Source: an uncultured Actinomycetes bacterium (lineage in GTDB: Bacteria > Actinomycetota > Thermoleophilia > Solirubrobacterales > 70-9). From it: a DNA stretch of 64,000 nucleotides. The translations under genes and the position numbers were made by a program. Position 1 is the first letter of the stretch. Each line of letters starts with the position of its first letter. This document shows, piece by piece, positions 27,700-38,367 of this stretch. The stretch is taken from contig CAWJCU010000002.1 in assembly GCA_963841455.1 (NCBI GenBank), positions 121,770 to 185,769 of the forward strand. Reading direction: 5' to 3'. The notes beneath the pieces were generated by a model. It had not been told where the DNA came from and ran no database searches. It saw only the letters and a program-made list of their open reading frames with translations.

Positions 27700-28506
27700 A
27701 TGTCCGTCACGATCGCCGTCCTGTCGCAGAAGGGGGGCACCGGGAAGACGACCATGGTGCGCTCGCTCGCCGATGTCTTCGAGCGCCTCGGGCTCGCCGT
27801 TCTCTCGATCGATGCAGACCCCCAGGGCAACCTCTCCGACTACTTCGACGCCGATCCCGAGGCCGCGCCCACGCTCACGGACGTGCTTCAGGGCCAGGTC
27901 CGGGCGACGGACGCCGTCCATGGTCCGCTGATCCCGGCGAACCTGACGCTCGCCGAGGCGGAGCTGATGCTCGCCGGCAAGATCGGGCGCGAGATGACGC
28001 TCCGCAGCGCGCTGCGGGACCTGAAGCGCGAGAAGGACATGATCCTGATCGACTGCCCGCCCACGCTCGGCCTGCTGACGGTGAACGCGTTGTGCGCGGC
28101 GACGCACGCCATCCTCTCGACCGAGGCCCAGTACTTCTCGCTCCAGGGAATGGAGCAGGCGGTGGAGGTGCTCGACCTCGCCCGCGACAGCCTCAACCCG
28201 GAGCTCGAGCTGCTTGGCGTCTGCCTCAACATCGCCAACATGCGGACCCGGCACGCGAGGCAGACGCTCGACGCCCTTCAGGAGCGATTCGGCCCGAAAC
28301 TCTTCCGCACCGTGATCCGCCAGTCGATCGTCTACGCCGAGTCGGCCGAGCGGGCGGTGCCGATCCTCGCTTACCGGCCCGCGCGAGGCTCCGACTACCT
28401 CTCGCTCGCCGGCGAGATCCTGCGCCGCCTCGGTATGCACGAGATGCTCGCCCGCCTCGACGAGGTGAGCGCGGAGCTCGTCCCGGCGGGTGCGACGGCG
28501 GGATAG
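27700..28506 (+). CDS. ParA/Soj-family ATPase
   Basis: MSVTIAVLSQKGGTGKTT is a deviant Walker A. Also DCPPTLGLLTVNAL. The internal ATG at 27700 of ORF 27589..28506 is used. Confidence 0.85.
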   Translation: MSVTIAVLSQKGGTGKTTMVRSLADVFERLGLAVLSIDADPQGNLSDYFDADPEAAPTLTDVLQGQVRATDAVHGPLIPANLTLAEAELMLAGKIGREMTLRSALRDLKREKDMILIDCPPTLGLLTVNALCAATHAILSTEAQYFSLQGMEQAVEVLDLARDSLNPELELLGVCLNIANMRTRHARQTLDALQERFGPKLFRTVIRQSIVYAESAERAVPILAYRPARGSDYLSLAGEILRRLGMHEMLARLDEVSAELVPAGATAG

Positions 28507-28515
28507 GGTCGCCCT

Positions 28516-28950
28516 GTGACTGACGCCGACTCTCCCGAGGCGCTCGAGGACGCCATCGCGCGCTACAACGAAGCCTGGAACGCCCACGACCTCGACGCGA
28601 TCATGGCCATGCACGCGCCCGACATGGTGTTCGAGAACCACACTGCGGGCGAAAGCGCGGAGGGCGAGGCCGTGCGCGAGCACATCGGCTCGATCTTCGA
28701 GACCTGGCCCGACATCCGCTTCGACGGGCGCCGCACCTACGCGCGCGAGGGCCTCATCGTGCAGGAGTGGACGGCCACGGCGACCCACGCGAACCGCATG
28801 ACCCGCGGAGACCTCGTCGCTGAGCCGACCGGGAAGACCGTCACGTGGGACGGGCTTGACGTGATCCCGTTCGAGGACGGGCTCGTCAAGCGCAAGGACG
28901 TCTACTCGGACTCCGTCTCGATCCTGCGCCAGCTCGGCCTGGTCGACTAG
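28516..28950 (+). CDS. SnoaL-like / NTF2-fold protein (ester cyclase-like)
   Basis: 144 aa. YNEAWNAHDLDAIMAMHAPDMVFENH is a typical SnoaL N-terminus. Confidence 0.7.
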   Translation: MTDADSPEALEDAIARYNEAWNAHDLDAIMAMHAPDMVFENHTAGESAEGEAVREHIGSIFETWPDIRFDGRRTYAREGLIVQEWTATATHANRMTRGDLVAEPTGKTVTWDGLDVIPFEDGLVKRKDVYSDSVSILRQLGLVD

Positions 28951-29834
28951 AGCTCCGCCACGTCAGCCCCGAGCGGGCTGAATGGCACCCGCCGCACCTC
29001 CGCCCAGCCGTCCGCGAGACCGGCCAGCGACTCCATGACCTTGCCGGTGTCCTGCCAGAAGCACCAGACGAGCACGGTTGGTCCGGCGCCTGAGATCGTC
29101 GCCCCGAGCGCCCCCAGTGCAGACGCAGCATCCACGACGTCGAACGAGCGTGGATAGAGGCCCGAGCGCGGCCGCTGGTGGAGCCGGTCCTCCAGCCCGC
29201 GGGCGATCAGGCCAAGGTCCGATCGCTCGATCCCGAGGACGAGTTGGGATGCGGCGGCGACGTTGGTCACGGCGTCGTCGAACGCGACGTCTGGGGGCAG
29301 GGCGGCGCGCGCGAGGTCGGTCGGGACCTCGCCGTCCGGGATCACGAGGACGCCCTCCACCCCCTGTGGCGGCTCGAGTCGCGCGGGGCGCGGGGCCCCG
29401 CCGTCGCCGTCCGGACGCGGGCACACCACGAAGCCGCCATAGAGCGCCGCGGCCACGTTATCCGGATGGCCCTCGAGCTCCACCGCCCGCGCGTAGAGCT
29501 CATCGCGCCCGAGAGCCAACTCGAAGAGATGATCGGCCGCGAGGAGCCCAGCGACGATGGCCGCCGCGCTCGACCCGAGCCCCCGCGCGAGCGGGATCTC
29601 GCTGCGGATTGCGAACCGCAGCCCGTCGGCGGGATGCAGCGCCTCGAACGCGCGCACGCACAGGTTCGAGCGGTCCTCGGGCACATCGGCGCCGCCCGCG
29701 TCGACGGCGAACTCCTCCCCCTCGCTGACCTCGACTTCCAGATGGAGGTTGAGCGCCGCCGCGAGCACGTCGAAGCCTGGGCCCAGGTTGGCCGACGAGC
29801 CGGGCACGCGGACGAGGCGGCGGCGCGAGGTCAC
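28947..29834 (-). CDS. thrB: homoserine kinase
   Basis: VPGSSANLGPGFDVL and PLARGLGSSAAAIVAG are GHMP kinase motifs. A GTG start at 29834 is preferred over the longer ORF. Confidence 0.85.
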   Translation of the reverse strand: MTSRRRLVRVPGSSANLGPGFDVLAAALNLHLEVEVSEGEEFAVDAGGADVPEDRSNLCVRAFEALHPADGLRFAIRSEIPLARGLGSSAAAIVAGLLAADHLFELALGRDELYARAVELEGHPDNVAAALYGGFVVCPRPDGDGGAPRPARLEPPQGVEGVLVIPDGEVPTDLARAALPPDVAFDDAVTNVAAASQLVLGIERSDLGLIARGLEDRLHQRPRSGLYPRSFDVVDAASALGALGATISGAGPTVLVWCFWQDTGKVMESLAGLADGWAEVRRVPFSPLGADVAEL

Positions 29835-29862
29835 GCGCGCACGGTACCGGCGCCGGCGCTCG

Positions 29863-30864
29863 TCAGGTCGCGGCGAGACCGCCGGCCGAGCCGGCGATCG
29901 CGCCCGCGAGCATGCCGCCCGCGGGCACCTCGGTGCCGGCGAGGAGCACCGAGTCCTTGATCCTCGCGCCGGCCCCAACCGTCGCCGAGCGTCCGATCAC
30001 GACGGTGCCGTCGACGCGCGCGCCCTCCGCGAGCTCCGCGCTCGCGTGGACCAGCGCGCGCCCGCTGAGCTCCCAGCCACCGGGCATGGGTGCCGGAGAC
30101 TCCTCGTCCCCGCTGCCCTCGAGCACCTCGCCGTCGGCGTCCACGTCGACGGCTCCGGCGACGGCATCGAGGTTCCCCCGCAGGTACTCCGGGATCGACC
30201 CGACGTCGTTCCAGTACTCGTCGAAGGCGTGAACGTGGAAGGGGACGTCGTGGTCCAGCAGATTGGGGAAGACGTCGCGCGCGAAGTCGATCACCGGCAC
30301 CTCGGGAAAGTAGTCGAGGACCTCGGGCCGGAACGCGTACATCATGCAGTTCACGAGGTCCGAGAGCTCCTCACCCGGCGCCGGCTTCTCCTGGAACCCC
30401 TGCACCCGTCCCTCAGAGTCGGTGACGATCACACCCAGGTCCGAGACGTCAGCGACCCGCTTGACCGCGAGGGTGGCAACGCCACCATTGCGCTCGTGCG
30501 CCGCGACAAGCGCGGTCAGGTCGATGTCGGTCAGCGCGTCGCCCGCCAGGACGACGAACGACTCGCCGCCCTCGGTGAGGAAATCGGCCACGTTTCGCAC
30601 GCCGCCCGCGGTTCCGAGCAGCGCCTCCTCTCGGCGGTAGACGAGGTCCACACCGAAGGCCGAGCCATCTCCGATCCCGCTCTCGATCACGTCCCCGAAC
30701 CAGTGGAGGTTGGCGATCGCCTCGGTGAACCCCTGCGCGCCGAGAAGGCGCAGCAGGTGCGCCATCACCGGCCGGTTCGCGACCGGGACGATCGGCTTCG
30801 GTACCTCGTAGGTGAGCGGCCGCAGGCGGGTGCCCAGCCCCGCGGCCATCACCATCGCCCTCAT
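29863..30864 (-). CDS. sugar-phosphate nucleotidyltransferase (mannose-1-P guanylyl/glucose-1-P thymidylyl-transferase-like with LbH tail)
   Basis: N-terminal MAAGLGTRLRPLTYEVPKP signature. C-terminal hexapeptide-repeat region. Confidence 0.8.
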   Translation of the reverse strand: MRAMVMAAGLGTRLRPLTYEVPKPIVPVANRPVMAHLLRLLGAQGFTEAIANLHWFGDVIESGIGDGSAFGVDLVYRREEALLGTAGGVRNVADFLTEGGESFVVLAGDALTDIDLTALVAAHERNGGVATLAVKRVADVSDLGVIVTDSEGRVQGFQEKPAPGEELSDLVNCMMYAFRPEVLDYFPEVPVIDFARDVFPNLLDHDVPFHVHAFDEYWNDVGSIPEYLRGNLDAVAGAVDVDADGEVLEGSGDEESPAPMPGGWELSGRALVHASAELAEGARVDGTVVIGRSATVGAGARIKDSVLLAGTEVPAGGMLAGAIAGSAGGLAAT

Positions 30865-30880
30865 CGCGTGAGGGGGCTGC

Positions 30881-32152
30881 TCAGGTTCCCTGGTCCCAGG
30901 AGGCCAGATATTTCTGCTGCACCTCGGTCAGGGAGTCGATCTCGACCCCCTTCGAGGCCAGCTTCAGCCGCGCGATCTCCTTGTCGATGTCCTCCGGCAC
31001 CGGGTAGACCTTCTTCTCGAGCTCGGCGTGGTCGCGAACCATGTGCTCGGCCGCCAACGCCTGGTTGGCGAAGCTCATGTCCATGACGTCGGCCGGGTGT
31101 CCCTCGGCCGCCGCGAGGTTCACGAGCCGGCCCTCGGCAAGCAGGAAGATCTCCCGCCCATCTTTGGTTCGGTGACCCTCCACGAACGGCCGGGCCTCGA
31201 ACGTCTCCTCCGTGATCGAGTCGAGGTCGCCCTTGTTGATCTCGACGTCGAAGTGCCCGGAGTTGGCGATGATCGCGCCGGACTTCATGACCTCGAACAT
31301 GCGCCCGTCGATCGCGTCGCGGTCACCGGTGACCGAGATGAAGACGTCGCCGACCCTCGCCGCGTCCACGGACTGCATGACCTCGAAGCCGTCCATGACG
31401 GCCTCCAGCGCCCGCAGGGGATCGACCTCGCAGACGATGACGTGAGCCCCGTGGCCCTTCGCCCGCATGGCGACGCCCTTGCCGCACCACCCGTAGCCGA
31501 TGACGACGACCCGCGAGCCCGCGATCAGCGCGTTGGTCGCGCGGATGACGCCGTCGATGGTCGACTGGCCGGTCCCATAGCGGTTGTCGAAGAAGTGCTT
31601 CGTGAAGGCGTCGTTCACGGCGACGATCGGATACCCGAGCTTCCCCTCGGCTTCCAGCGCCTTCAGCCGGATAACCCCGGTCGTCGTCTCCTCGGTACCG
31701 CCGAGGACATGCTCGAGGAGGTCCGTCCGGTCGCCGTGGAGCACGCTCACCACGTCAGCCCCGTCGTCCATCGTGATCTGCGGCCGTCGCTCGACCGCGG
31801 TCTGGATGTGGGAGTAGTAGGTGTCGTTGTCCTCACCGTTGATCGCGAAGACCTGCGCGCCGTACCGGTCGACCAGCGCGGCGGCGGTGTCGTCCTGCGT
31901 GGAGAGCGGGTTCGACGCGCACAGTGCGACGTCCGCACCGCCGGCCATCAGCGTGCGCACCAGGTTCGCCGTCTCGGTCGTGACGTGCAGGCAGCAGGCC
32001 ATCGAAACGCCGTCGAGGGGGCGCTCGCGCTCAAACCGTTCGCGGATCTGGCGCAGCACGGGCATTCTTCGCTCCGCCCATTCGATCCGCTTCTGGCCAG
32101 CTTCGGCGAGGCCGATGTCGGCGATGTCGTAGCTCTTCTCGGTGGTTGCCAA
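30881..32152 (-). CDS. ahcY: adenosylhomocysteinase
   Basis: 423 aa, conserved throughout ([33 protein letters not shown] site). TTG start at 32152. Confidence 0.95.
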   Translation of the reverse strand: MATTEKSYDIADIGLAEAGQKRIEWAERRMPVLRQIRERFERERPLDGVSMACCLHVTTETANLVRTLMAGGADVALCASNPLSTQDDTAAALVDRYGAQVFAINGEDNDTYYSHIQTAVERRPQITMDDGADVVSVLHGDRTDLLEHVLGGTEETTTGVIRLKALEAEGKLGYPIVAVNDAFTKHFFDNRYGTGQSTIDGVIRATNALIAGSRVVVIGYGWCGKGVAMRAKGHGAHVIVCEVDPLRALEAVMDGFEVMQSVDAARVGDVFISVTGDRDAIDGRMFEVMKSGAIIANSGHFDVEINKGDLDSITEETFEARPFVEGHRTKDGREIFLLAEGRLVNLAAAEGHPADVMDMSFANQALAAEHMVRDHAELEKKVYPVPEDIDKEIARLKLASKGVEIDSLTEVQQKYLASWDQGT

Positions 32153-32193
32153 GGACTTCCTTTCGCTCTCTCGTGAGTCCGCAAGGGTACAAG

Positions 32194-32226
32194 CGAGGGG
32201 GACGCCGCAACGCGGCGTCCCCCTCG
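32194..32226 (-). promoter_or_regulatory. perfect 15-bp GC-rich hairpin in the ahcY 5' leader (candidate attenuator/structured leader element)
   Basis: CGAGGGGGACGCCGC-GUU-GCGGCGUCCCCCUCG, 42 nt upstream of the ahcY TTG. It is flanked by a further GAGUCC/GGACUC pairing. Confidence 0.5.
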
Positions 32227-32440
32227 AGAACTGGTGCTGGACTCGGCCCGCCGCGCCTTGGGATGCCGGAGGGACCAGGCCCGGCAGCGCGGAGGGGGTG
32301 TCCCGGTTGGATTCGCTAGGCGCGTCCAGCCGTCTTACCTAACGGCCGGTCACCTCCAGGGTCCCGTAAGAACTGTCACTCAATTTCGGACCACCTCCTT
32401 TCCCTGGTGGAGCTATCTAAGCAAATGCGGCGGAGATACC

Positions 32441-32863
32441 GTGGACGCCATGGCCGAGGAGCTTCGAATCAGCGATGGAACGTCGATCCCGATCGACGAG
32501 GTGGACCTTCGGGCAAGCCGATCTTCGGGGCCGGGCGGGCAGCACGCCAACGTCACGGCCTCGCGGATCGAGGCGGTGTTCGACGTCCAGGCTTCACGGG
32601 CGCTGAGCGAAGCGCAGAAGCGGCGGATCGCGTCGAGGCTCGGGCCGCGGGTTACGGCCGTGGCGCAGGACGCGCGCTCGCAGGCGCGGAATCGGCAGCT
32701 GGCGCTCGAGCGGCTGGCCGACAGGCTCGAGCGCGCCCTGCGAAGGCCGAAGCCGCGGCGAGCCACGACGCCGGGGAGAGCAGCGAAGGAAAGGCGGCTG
32801 CAGGCCAAGCGGCACCGCGCCGAGCGCAAGCGCCAACGCCGTCGCCCGAGCGCCGATTGGTGA
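32441..32863 (+). CDS. arfB: alternative ribosome-rescue factor ArfB (peptidyl-tRNA hydrolase)
   Basis: RSSGPGGQHANV GGQ motif and a basic C-terminal tail. The GTG at 32441 has GGAG 5 nt upstream; the ATG at 32450 is the alternative. Confidence 0.85.
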   Translation: MDAMAEELRISDGTSIPIDEVDLRASRSSGPGGQHANVTASRIEAVFDVQASRALSEAQKRRIASRLGPRVTAVAQDARSQARNRQLALERLADRLERALRRPKPRRATTPGRAAKERRLQAKRHRAERKRQRRRPSADW

Positions 32864-32944
32864 TTTATCCGCCCCAGAGGCCGGATAGATCCCAAATGGC
32901 GCTCCGACCCGCCCTCCTCTCGCTGAAATCCGTCCCGCGGCGGC

Positions 32945-35506
32945 CTACTCGTAGCTGATCGCCCGGATCACGTCGAGCCTCGCAGCTCGGCGGGCCGGGA
33001 GGATCGAGGCGACGAGTCCGAGCACGAGGCCGGCGACCGCGACCAGCCCCATCGTCGAGACCGGCGGGTGGTACTCGACGCCAGGCACGCCCGAGGCGAG
33101 CCCCTTGAGCAGCGCGTAACCGAGCCCGGTCCCCACGCAGATGCCGAGGAGGGCGCCGATCAACCCGATGACGAGACTCTCGTCGGTGATCGAGCGCCGG
33201 ACCTGGCCGCGGCTCGCGCCGAGGGCGCGGAGGATCCCGATCTCGCGGGTGCGCTCGAGCACGGACATCGTCAGGGTGTTCACGATCCCGAACAGGCTGG
33301 CGATGATCGCGACACCGACGATCGCGTAGAAGATCGCGAACTGCTGGCTGATCTGCTTCTCGACATTCGACTTGAGCTCGGCATTCGAGAGCACCGCGAG
33401 GTTGGGGTGGCGGTGGCTGACGATCCGATCGACCCTGCGCCGGAGGATCGGGCGCGCACGGGCCGACGTCGCCTTCAGCGCCAGCTCCGAGTCGGCAGTG
33501 ACCCCGTAGACCGCGCGCATCGTCGCGAGCGACATGCCCACCGTCTGCCCGCCGAAGACGACCGTCTCGACGACGCCCGCCACGTGGCTGTGCACCGTTC
33601 CGGACGGGCCGCGAAGCGTGATGGGGTCGCCGACGCCGAGGCCCGTCTCGTCGGCCCAGCCCTTGCCCAGGGTCACGCCTCCGTTTGCGATGCCCCTGAA
33701 CGCCGCCGCGCGGCTGGCGCCGTCGATCGTGGTCTCGTCCACCTTCTCGTACTGGTCGGGCTGAAACGCGAGGAGGAGCCCCTGGTTCCTGCCGCGCTTG
33801 CCGGGCATGGCCTCGGTGAAGAGGAAGCGCTCGCGCGCGACCACGGCCGCCTGCGGGATCCGCGCGAGCCGGTCGCGCAGGTCCTTGGCGATCGTCTGCT
33901 GGGGGCCCTGCCCGGGGGCGAAGCCGCTCGGCTGGACCGTGAGGTCGCGCGCGAAGTCGCGGTCGAACTCGTCGGAGATGGTCTTCAGGAAGCTCGAGCC
34001 CAGGCTGTTGACCGCCACCACCAGCGCGAGGCCGACCATCATGGCGCTCGCGGTCGCGGCCGTTCGGGTGGGATCCGAGCGCGCGGCGTCGGCGGCGAGC
34101 CGGCCCTCGATCGGGCTCAGGCGCCGCACGGGCCACGACAACACCGCTACCAGGGGCCTGATCACGAACGGCGCAAGCAGTGAGATGCCCAGGAAGATTG
34201 CGATGACGCCGCCCATGCCCGCGGCGGCGACGTCCGCCGTCGGCTGCGCCGAGGCGCCGAGAACCCAGGCCCCCGCGAGACCGAGGGCGATGAGGATCGT
34301 TCCGATCACCGCGCGCCGCCAGCCCGGCCGACGGCGCAGCCCCTCGCTTCCGAGCACGGCCTGGATCGGCGGGATCCTGCCCGCGCGTCGCGCCGGGTAC
34401 AGCGCGCCGAGGACCGCTGTGACGATGCCCGTCGCAACAGCCGCGATGGGCGCGAAGGCTGCGAACGAGAGGTTGCCGACCGGGAAGTTCGCCGTGTGGA
34501 CGATCGCGATGAGGCCGTAGGCGAGCCCGATGCCGAGCCCGAGCCCCAACACGGCGCCGATCAGCCCTAGGAGCGCCGCCTCGCGGAGGACCGAGCCGGT
34601 GACGAGGCGCCTCCCCGCGCCGAGCGTGCGGAGCATCCCGATCTCCCGCGTTCGCTGGAAGACGGTCATGTTGAAGGAGTTGAAGATCAGGAAGGCGCCG
34701 ACGAAAAGCGCCATCGCCGCGAAGAAGTAGAGGAGGACGTTGAAGGCCTGCAGCTGCGACTGGACGTCCGAGCTCTTGTTCTGCGGCGTCTCGACCTTGA
34801 CCCCGCGCCCGAAACCTGCTCTCAGCCGGCGCTGCACGCGATCGATCTCCAGCTGACCGCCGTCGACCGCGAGGTCCACCTCGTCGAACACGCGCGGCTT
34901 GTCCATCACCCGCCGCGCCGAGGCCAGCGGCATCAAGCCGAAGCCCTGACCGCCGAAGTCGAGGCCGTTCGTGAACTGGAAGAGGCCGACGACGCGGAGT
35001 CGCCGGATCCCCGCCGGGGTGGCGAGCCGGGCGCGGTCGCCGACCTCGAGGCCGTTCGCCTGCGCCCAGCTCTCCTGGAGCGACACCTCGAGCCCGGATC
35101 GCGGCTTTCGCCCGGCGACGGTGCGCGAGTCGGACAGGTTGGCGGCGTCGGGGCTCTCGCCGGAGACGTTCACCTGCCTCGACTGATCGGTCGAGGTCAC
35201 GCCATCGGAGCCGACCAGCGTGAAGACGCTGAACACCTGCCCGGAGGCCTCCCCCACCCCGGGGGTCGAGCGCGCCTTCCGCAACGACGAATGCGAAAGC
35301 GAATCCGAGCCGCTTCCCGACACCACGAGGTCCGTACGGCCATACACCGAGTCGAACAGGGAGTTGAACGTGCCGTGGATGGTCACCGCGAGGAGCAGGA
35401 CGCCGAGGATCATCCCGACGCCGAGCACGATGCCCGCGGCCGTCAGGAGAGCGCGAAGCCTGCGCGCGCGAACCTGGCGGAATGCGAGCGAGGAGAAGCT
35501 ACGCAT
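32945..35506 (-). CDS. ABC transporter permease, FtsX/MacB-type (two FtsX domains)
   Basis: The internal ATG at 35506 gives [30 protein letters not shown]. Two FtsX-type 4-TM modules are present. The start overlaps the ATPase stop. Confidence 0.85.
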   Translation of the reverse strand: MRSFSSLAFRQVRARRLRALLTAAGIVLGVGMILGVLLLAVTIHGTFNSLFDSVYGRTDLVVSGSGSDSLSHSSLRKARSTPGVGEASGQVFSVFTLVGSDGVTSTDQSRQVNVSGESPDAANLSDSRTVAGRKPRSGLEVSLQESWAQANGLEVGDRARLATPAGIRRLRVVGLFQFTNGLDFGGQGFGLMPLASARRVMDKPRVFDEVDLAVDGGQLEIDRVQRRLRAGFGRGVKVETPQNKSSDVQSQLQAFNVLLYFFAAMALFVGAFLIFNSFNMTVFQRTREIGMLRTLGAGRRLVTGSVLREAALLGLIGAVLGLGLGIGLAYGLIAIVHTANFPVGNLSFAAFAPIAAVATGIVTAVLGALYPARRAGRIPPIQAVLGSEGLRRRPGWRRAVIGTILIALGLAGAWVLGASAQPTADVAAAGMGGVIAIFLGISLLAPFVIRPLVAVLSWPVRRLSPIEGRLAADAARSDPTRTAATASAMMVGLALVVAVNSLGSSFLKTISDEFDRDFARDLTVQPSGFAPGQGPQQTIAKDLRDRLARIPQAAVVARERFLFTEAMPGKRGRNQGLLLAFQPDQYEKVDETTIDGASRAAAFRGIANGGVTLGKGWADETGLGVGDPITLRGPSGTVHSHVAGVVETVVFGGQTVGMSLATMRAVYGVTADSELALKATSARARPILRRRVDRIVSHRHPNLAVLSNAELKSNVEKQISQQFAIFYAIVGVAIIASLFGIVNTLTMSVLERTREIGILRALGASRGQVRRSITDESLVIGLIGALLGICVGTGLGYALLKGLASGVPGVEYHPPVSTMGLVAVAGLVLGLVASILPARRAARLDVIRAISYE

Positions 35507-36245
35507 GCCGGAGGGCGGAGAACTCCTCGGCCACGCGCGCCGCCGAGCCGCCCTCGACGCCGCCGGCCACACGGCCGTCGCGCAGGAAGATGACCCGCGA
35601 GGCGGTCGCGGCGGCCGCCGGGTCGTGCGTGACGATCACCACCGTCTGGCCCTCGGCGTTGAGCTCGCCGAGCAGGCGAAGGACCTCGCCGCTCGACGTG
35701 GAGTCTAGGTTGCCCGTGGGCTCGTCGGCTAGGACGATCTCCGGCCGGTTGAGCAGCGCGCGGGCGATCGAGACGCGCTGCTGCTCGCCGCCCGAGAGCT
35801 CCGAGGGAAGGTGTCCAGCCCGGCTGGAGAGCCCCACCCGCTCGAGGAGCGCGGCGGCCCGCTGTCTCGTCTCGGCGCTTCGATCACCCGCGATCAGGGC
35901 CGGCAGCAGCACGTTCTCCTCGGCGGTGAGCGGCGTCAGGAGGTTGAAGAACTGGAAGACGAAGCCGATGCGGTCCCGCCGCAGGCGGGTCAGCGCACGC
36001 TCGTCCAGCCCGTCGTAGCGCTCGCCCGCGAGCGCGATCTCGCCGGACGTGGGCGTCTCGAGCGCGCCGAGCAGGTGCAGCAGCGTGCTCTTTCCGGACC
36101 CGGACGGGCCCATGATCGCCGTCATCTCGCCCGCGGACACCTCGACCGAGACGCCGTCCAGGGCCCGAACGGCCGTGTCGCCCGTGCCGAAGACCTTGAC
36201 GAGGTCGCGCGTGGAGAGGGCGGGACCGCGGCTCGCCGATTCCAT
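35499..36245 (-). CDS. ABC transporter ATP-binding protein (MacB/LolD-like)
   Basis: [26 protein letters not shown] and [10 protein letters not shown] motifs. Internal ATG at 36245. Confidence 0.9.
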   Translation of the reverse strand: MESASRGPALSTRDLVKVFGTGDTAVRALDGVSVEVSAGEMTAIMGPSGSGKSTLLHLLGALETPTSGEIALAGERYDGLDERALTRLRRDRIGFVFQFFNLLTPLTAEENVLLPALIAGDRSAETRQRAAALLERVGLSSRAGHLPSELSGGEQQRVSIARALLNRPEIVLADEPTGNLDSTSSGEVLRLLGELNAEGQTVVIVTHDPAAAATASRVIFLRDGRVAGGVEGGSAARVAEEFSALRHA

Positions 36246-36256
36246 CACGCACCAGG

Positions 36257-37273
36257 CTACTGGCGGCCGAGCTCCTCCTTGAGGCGCTCGATCACCTCGA
36301 CCGGCTGGGGGTCGACGCCACGGCGCGCGGCGAGCTGGAGCGAGAGCATGTCGCCCAGCATCACCGTCCACAGCAGGCGCCCGGTACGCGTCTCGCCCTC
36401 CGCCTCGATCGTGATCACCTCGCGCGCCTGCGGGGCGACGAGATCCCCCGTCAGCTCGAACCGCCGGCGGATTCGCGGATGCTGGTCGCGGTCGGTGAGG
36501 AAGATCGCCGCGAGCGGCCAGTCCGACCCGCGCTCCCACCCGACGATCTCGTTGTGATCGGCCTCGGGCAGCTCGTGCGAGAACGCAGGGAGCTTCGCGT
36601 TCTCGTTCATCTGGCACTTCCAGCGGTACGCGACGGGGGCGGTGAGGTCGGCGCCGTAGACCAGCGGGATCGCGCCGTCGAGCTCGGCCGCGAGCTCGCC
36701 TGCGCGCTCGACGAGGCCCTCCCGGGCAGCCTCGATGTGGGCGGCCGAGCTGTCGATCTCGGTGCGGATCGCATCCGCCGCCCCCACGAGCGCCGCCACC
36801 TCGGCCGCGACCGTGAACGTGTAGCCGACGGCCGCGCGCGGCTGGAGACCGGCCGGGAGGCCGATCACCGGCACCCCGTCGGCGCGTGCCTTGTCGGCAA
36901 GCTTGCCGCCGGTGGTGGCGACGATTCGCTGCGCGCCGACCGCCTCAGCGGCCTCGTAGCAGGCGAGGGTCTCCTCGGTGTTTCCCGAGTAGCTCGAGCA
37001 CAGCACGGCGCGATCCGGCGGCAGCGAGGCGGGCAGCTCGTAGCCACGCGCCACTTCGAGGGAAGCGACGAGCCTGGAGCCGAAAGCGACCGCCGCGAGG
37101 TCGCCGCCGATCGCGGACCCGCCCATCCCGGCGACAACGAGTCCCGTTGCCCGGAACGGCGTGATCTGCGCGGACTCGACCCGCCACAGCGCGTCGCGAA
37201 GATGATCCGGCAACGCAAGCACGTCGTCGACCTGCCCGCTGGGGTCGTTCGCGCGAAGGTCTGGTGCGCTCAC
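36257..37273 (-). CDS. bifunctional phosphoglucose/phosphomannose isomerase (SIS domain)
   Basis: GMGGSAIGGD, SYSGNTEET and the C-terminal AYRWKCQMNENAK motif. The GTG at 37273 overlaps the upstream stop (GTGA). Confidence 0.8.
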   Translation of the reverse strand: MSAPDLRANDPSGQVDDVLALPDHLRDALWRVESAQITPFRATGLVVAGMGGSAIGGDLAAVAFGSRLVASLEVARGYELPASLPPDRAVLCSSYSGNTEETLACYEAAEAVGAQRIVATTGGKLADKARADGVPVIGLPAGLQPRAAVGYTFTVAAEVAALVGAADAIRTEIDSSAAHIEAAREGLVERAGELAAELDGAIPLVYGADLTAPVAYRWKCQMNENAKLPAFSHELPEADHNEIVGWERGSDWPLAAIFLTDRDQHPRIRRRFELTGDLVAPQAREVITIEAEGETRTGRLLWTVMLGDMLSLQLAARRGVDPQPVEVIERLKEELGRQ

Positions 37274-38364
37274 TGGACCTGGACCTCCTCGCCCGGGGCC
37301 ACGCGGGCACCGGGCTCGAGCTTTGCATGGGGGGCGATGTGGGCCCTCTCGCCGACGACGGATCCGGCCGGGACGTGGGCCCCCTCGCCGACCTGTACAC
37401 CAGAGGCGAGGATCGCCCCGTCGACCTGCGCGCCGGGCCCGATCGAGCATTCGTGGAGGACCACCGAGTCGCGGACGCTCGCACCCTTGCCCACCTCCGT
37501 GCCCCGCCCGATGACGGCCCGCTCGCCGACCGTCGCGTCGGCATCCAGGTCGGCCCCGTGCTCGATCAGCGCCGGAGCCGCGACGCTCGCGGATTCGGAG
37601 ACGCGCACGCCCTCCTCGACCAGCAGGCCGTCGCCGTCGAGGCGGGCGCCGATCTCCGTCTCGACCCGCTTGGTGAGGATGTCCCAGGTCGCCTGGAGAT
37701 AGCGCTCGGGCGTCCCGATGTCCGTCCAGTAGCCCTCGAGCCGCCTGCTGTAGAGCCCCTGGCCGACGAGCCGCGGAAATACCTCGCGCTCGATCGAGAC
37801 CGCCCGGCCCTCCGGAATCAGGTCGAGCACCGAGCGCTCGAGGACGTACGCGCCGGCGCTGATCTCGTCGGTGTCGACCTCGGCGGGATCGGGCTTCTCG
37901 AGGAACTCGAGGATCTCGCCGTCCTCACGGCGGCGGACCAGCCCGTAGCCGGTCACGTCCACGACCGGGTGGAGCGCGAGCGTCCCGACGGCGTTTCGCT
38001 CCTCGTGCTGGCGAATCAGCGCCGTCAGGTCGAGGTCGGTGAGCACGTCGCCGTTCAGGGTCAGGAAGCGATCGTCGAGGAGTTCGGCAGCGAACTTGAT
38101 CGGCCCCGCGGTGCCGAGCGGCTCGGGCTCGGAGAGGTAGCGGATGCGCGGGCCGCCGTCGCCGCCGTCGCCCAGCCGCTCGCGCAGCAGGTCGGCGCGA
38201 AAGCCGCAGGCCATGATCACGTCGTCGACGCCGTGACGCGCCAGCCAGTCGACCATGTAGCGGATGAACGGCCGATCGACGAGGGTCACGGCCGGCTTCG
38301 GCTGCGTGAGCGTCAGCGGCCGAAGACGAGTTCCCTCGCCGCCGACGAGAACGAGCGCCTGCAT
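37270..38364 (-). CDS. mannose-1-phosphate guanylyltransferase-like NTP transferase
   Basis: MQALVLVGGEGTRLRPLTLTQPKP plus a C-terminal LbH domain. Confidence 0.8.
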   Translation of the reverse strand: MQALVLVGGEGTRLRPLTLTQPKPAVTLVDRPFIRYMVDWLARHGVDDVIMACGFRADLLRERLGDGGDGGPRIRYLSEPEPLGTAGPIKFAAELLDDRFLTLNGDVLTDLDLTALIRQHEERNAVGTLALHPVVDVTGYGLVRRREDGEILEFLEKPDPAEVDTDEISAGAYVLERSVLDLIPEGRAVSIEREVFPRLVGQGLYSRRLEGYWTDIGTPERYLQATWDILTKRVETEIGARLDGDGLLVEEGVRVSESASVAAPALIEHGADLDADATVGERAVIGRGTEVGKGASVRDSVVLHECSIGPGAQVDGAILASGVQVGEGAHVPAGSVVGERAHIAPHAKLEPGARVAPGEEVQVQ

Positions 38365-38367
38365 CGC

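Noticed and set aside
30861-30880. GUGAGGGGGCUGCUC on the plus strand, resembling the 5' part of the element
   Set aside because: It is in the wrong orientation relative to the genes, has no second hairpin, and is only a 16-nt spacer between the ahcY stop and the next start.
32330-32365. Possible sixth, degenerate copy of the two-hairpin element (cttacct ... tcacc); also cgtaagg at 19764 and ggtaagg near 16820
   Set aside because: Only short word matches are shared. Neither hairpin nor the linker consensus is present.
32405-32412. CUCCACCA (minus strand) resembling a tmRNA or tRNA 3' end
   Set aside because: No T-arm (GGUUCGA-type) or acceptor pairing lies upstream of it. I found no tRNA-like cloverleaf anywhere in the window.
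32153-32449. SAH riboswitch (expected upstream of ahcY), or a SAM-I-like GGAGGGACCAGGCCCGGCAGC on the plus strand
   Set aside because: The conserved SAH core strings, as I recall them, are absent on the ahcY strand. The SAM-I-like string is on the wrong strand for ahcY and lacks the k-turn, P3 and P4 parts. It is kept only as an unclassified structured region.
32864-32890. Bidirectional terminator between arfB and the ABC permease
   Set aside because: The stem is only 6-8 bp (UAUCCG/CGGAUA) with a 10-nt loop and no U tract, which is too weak to call.
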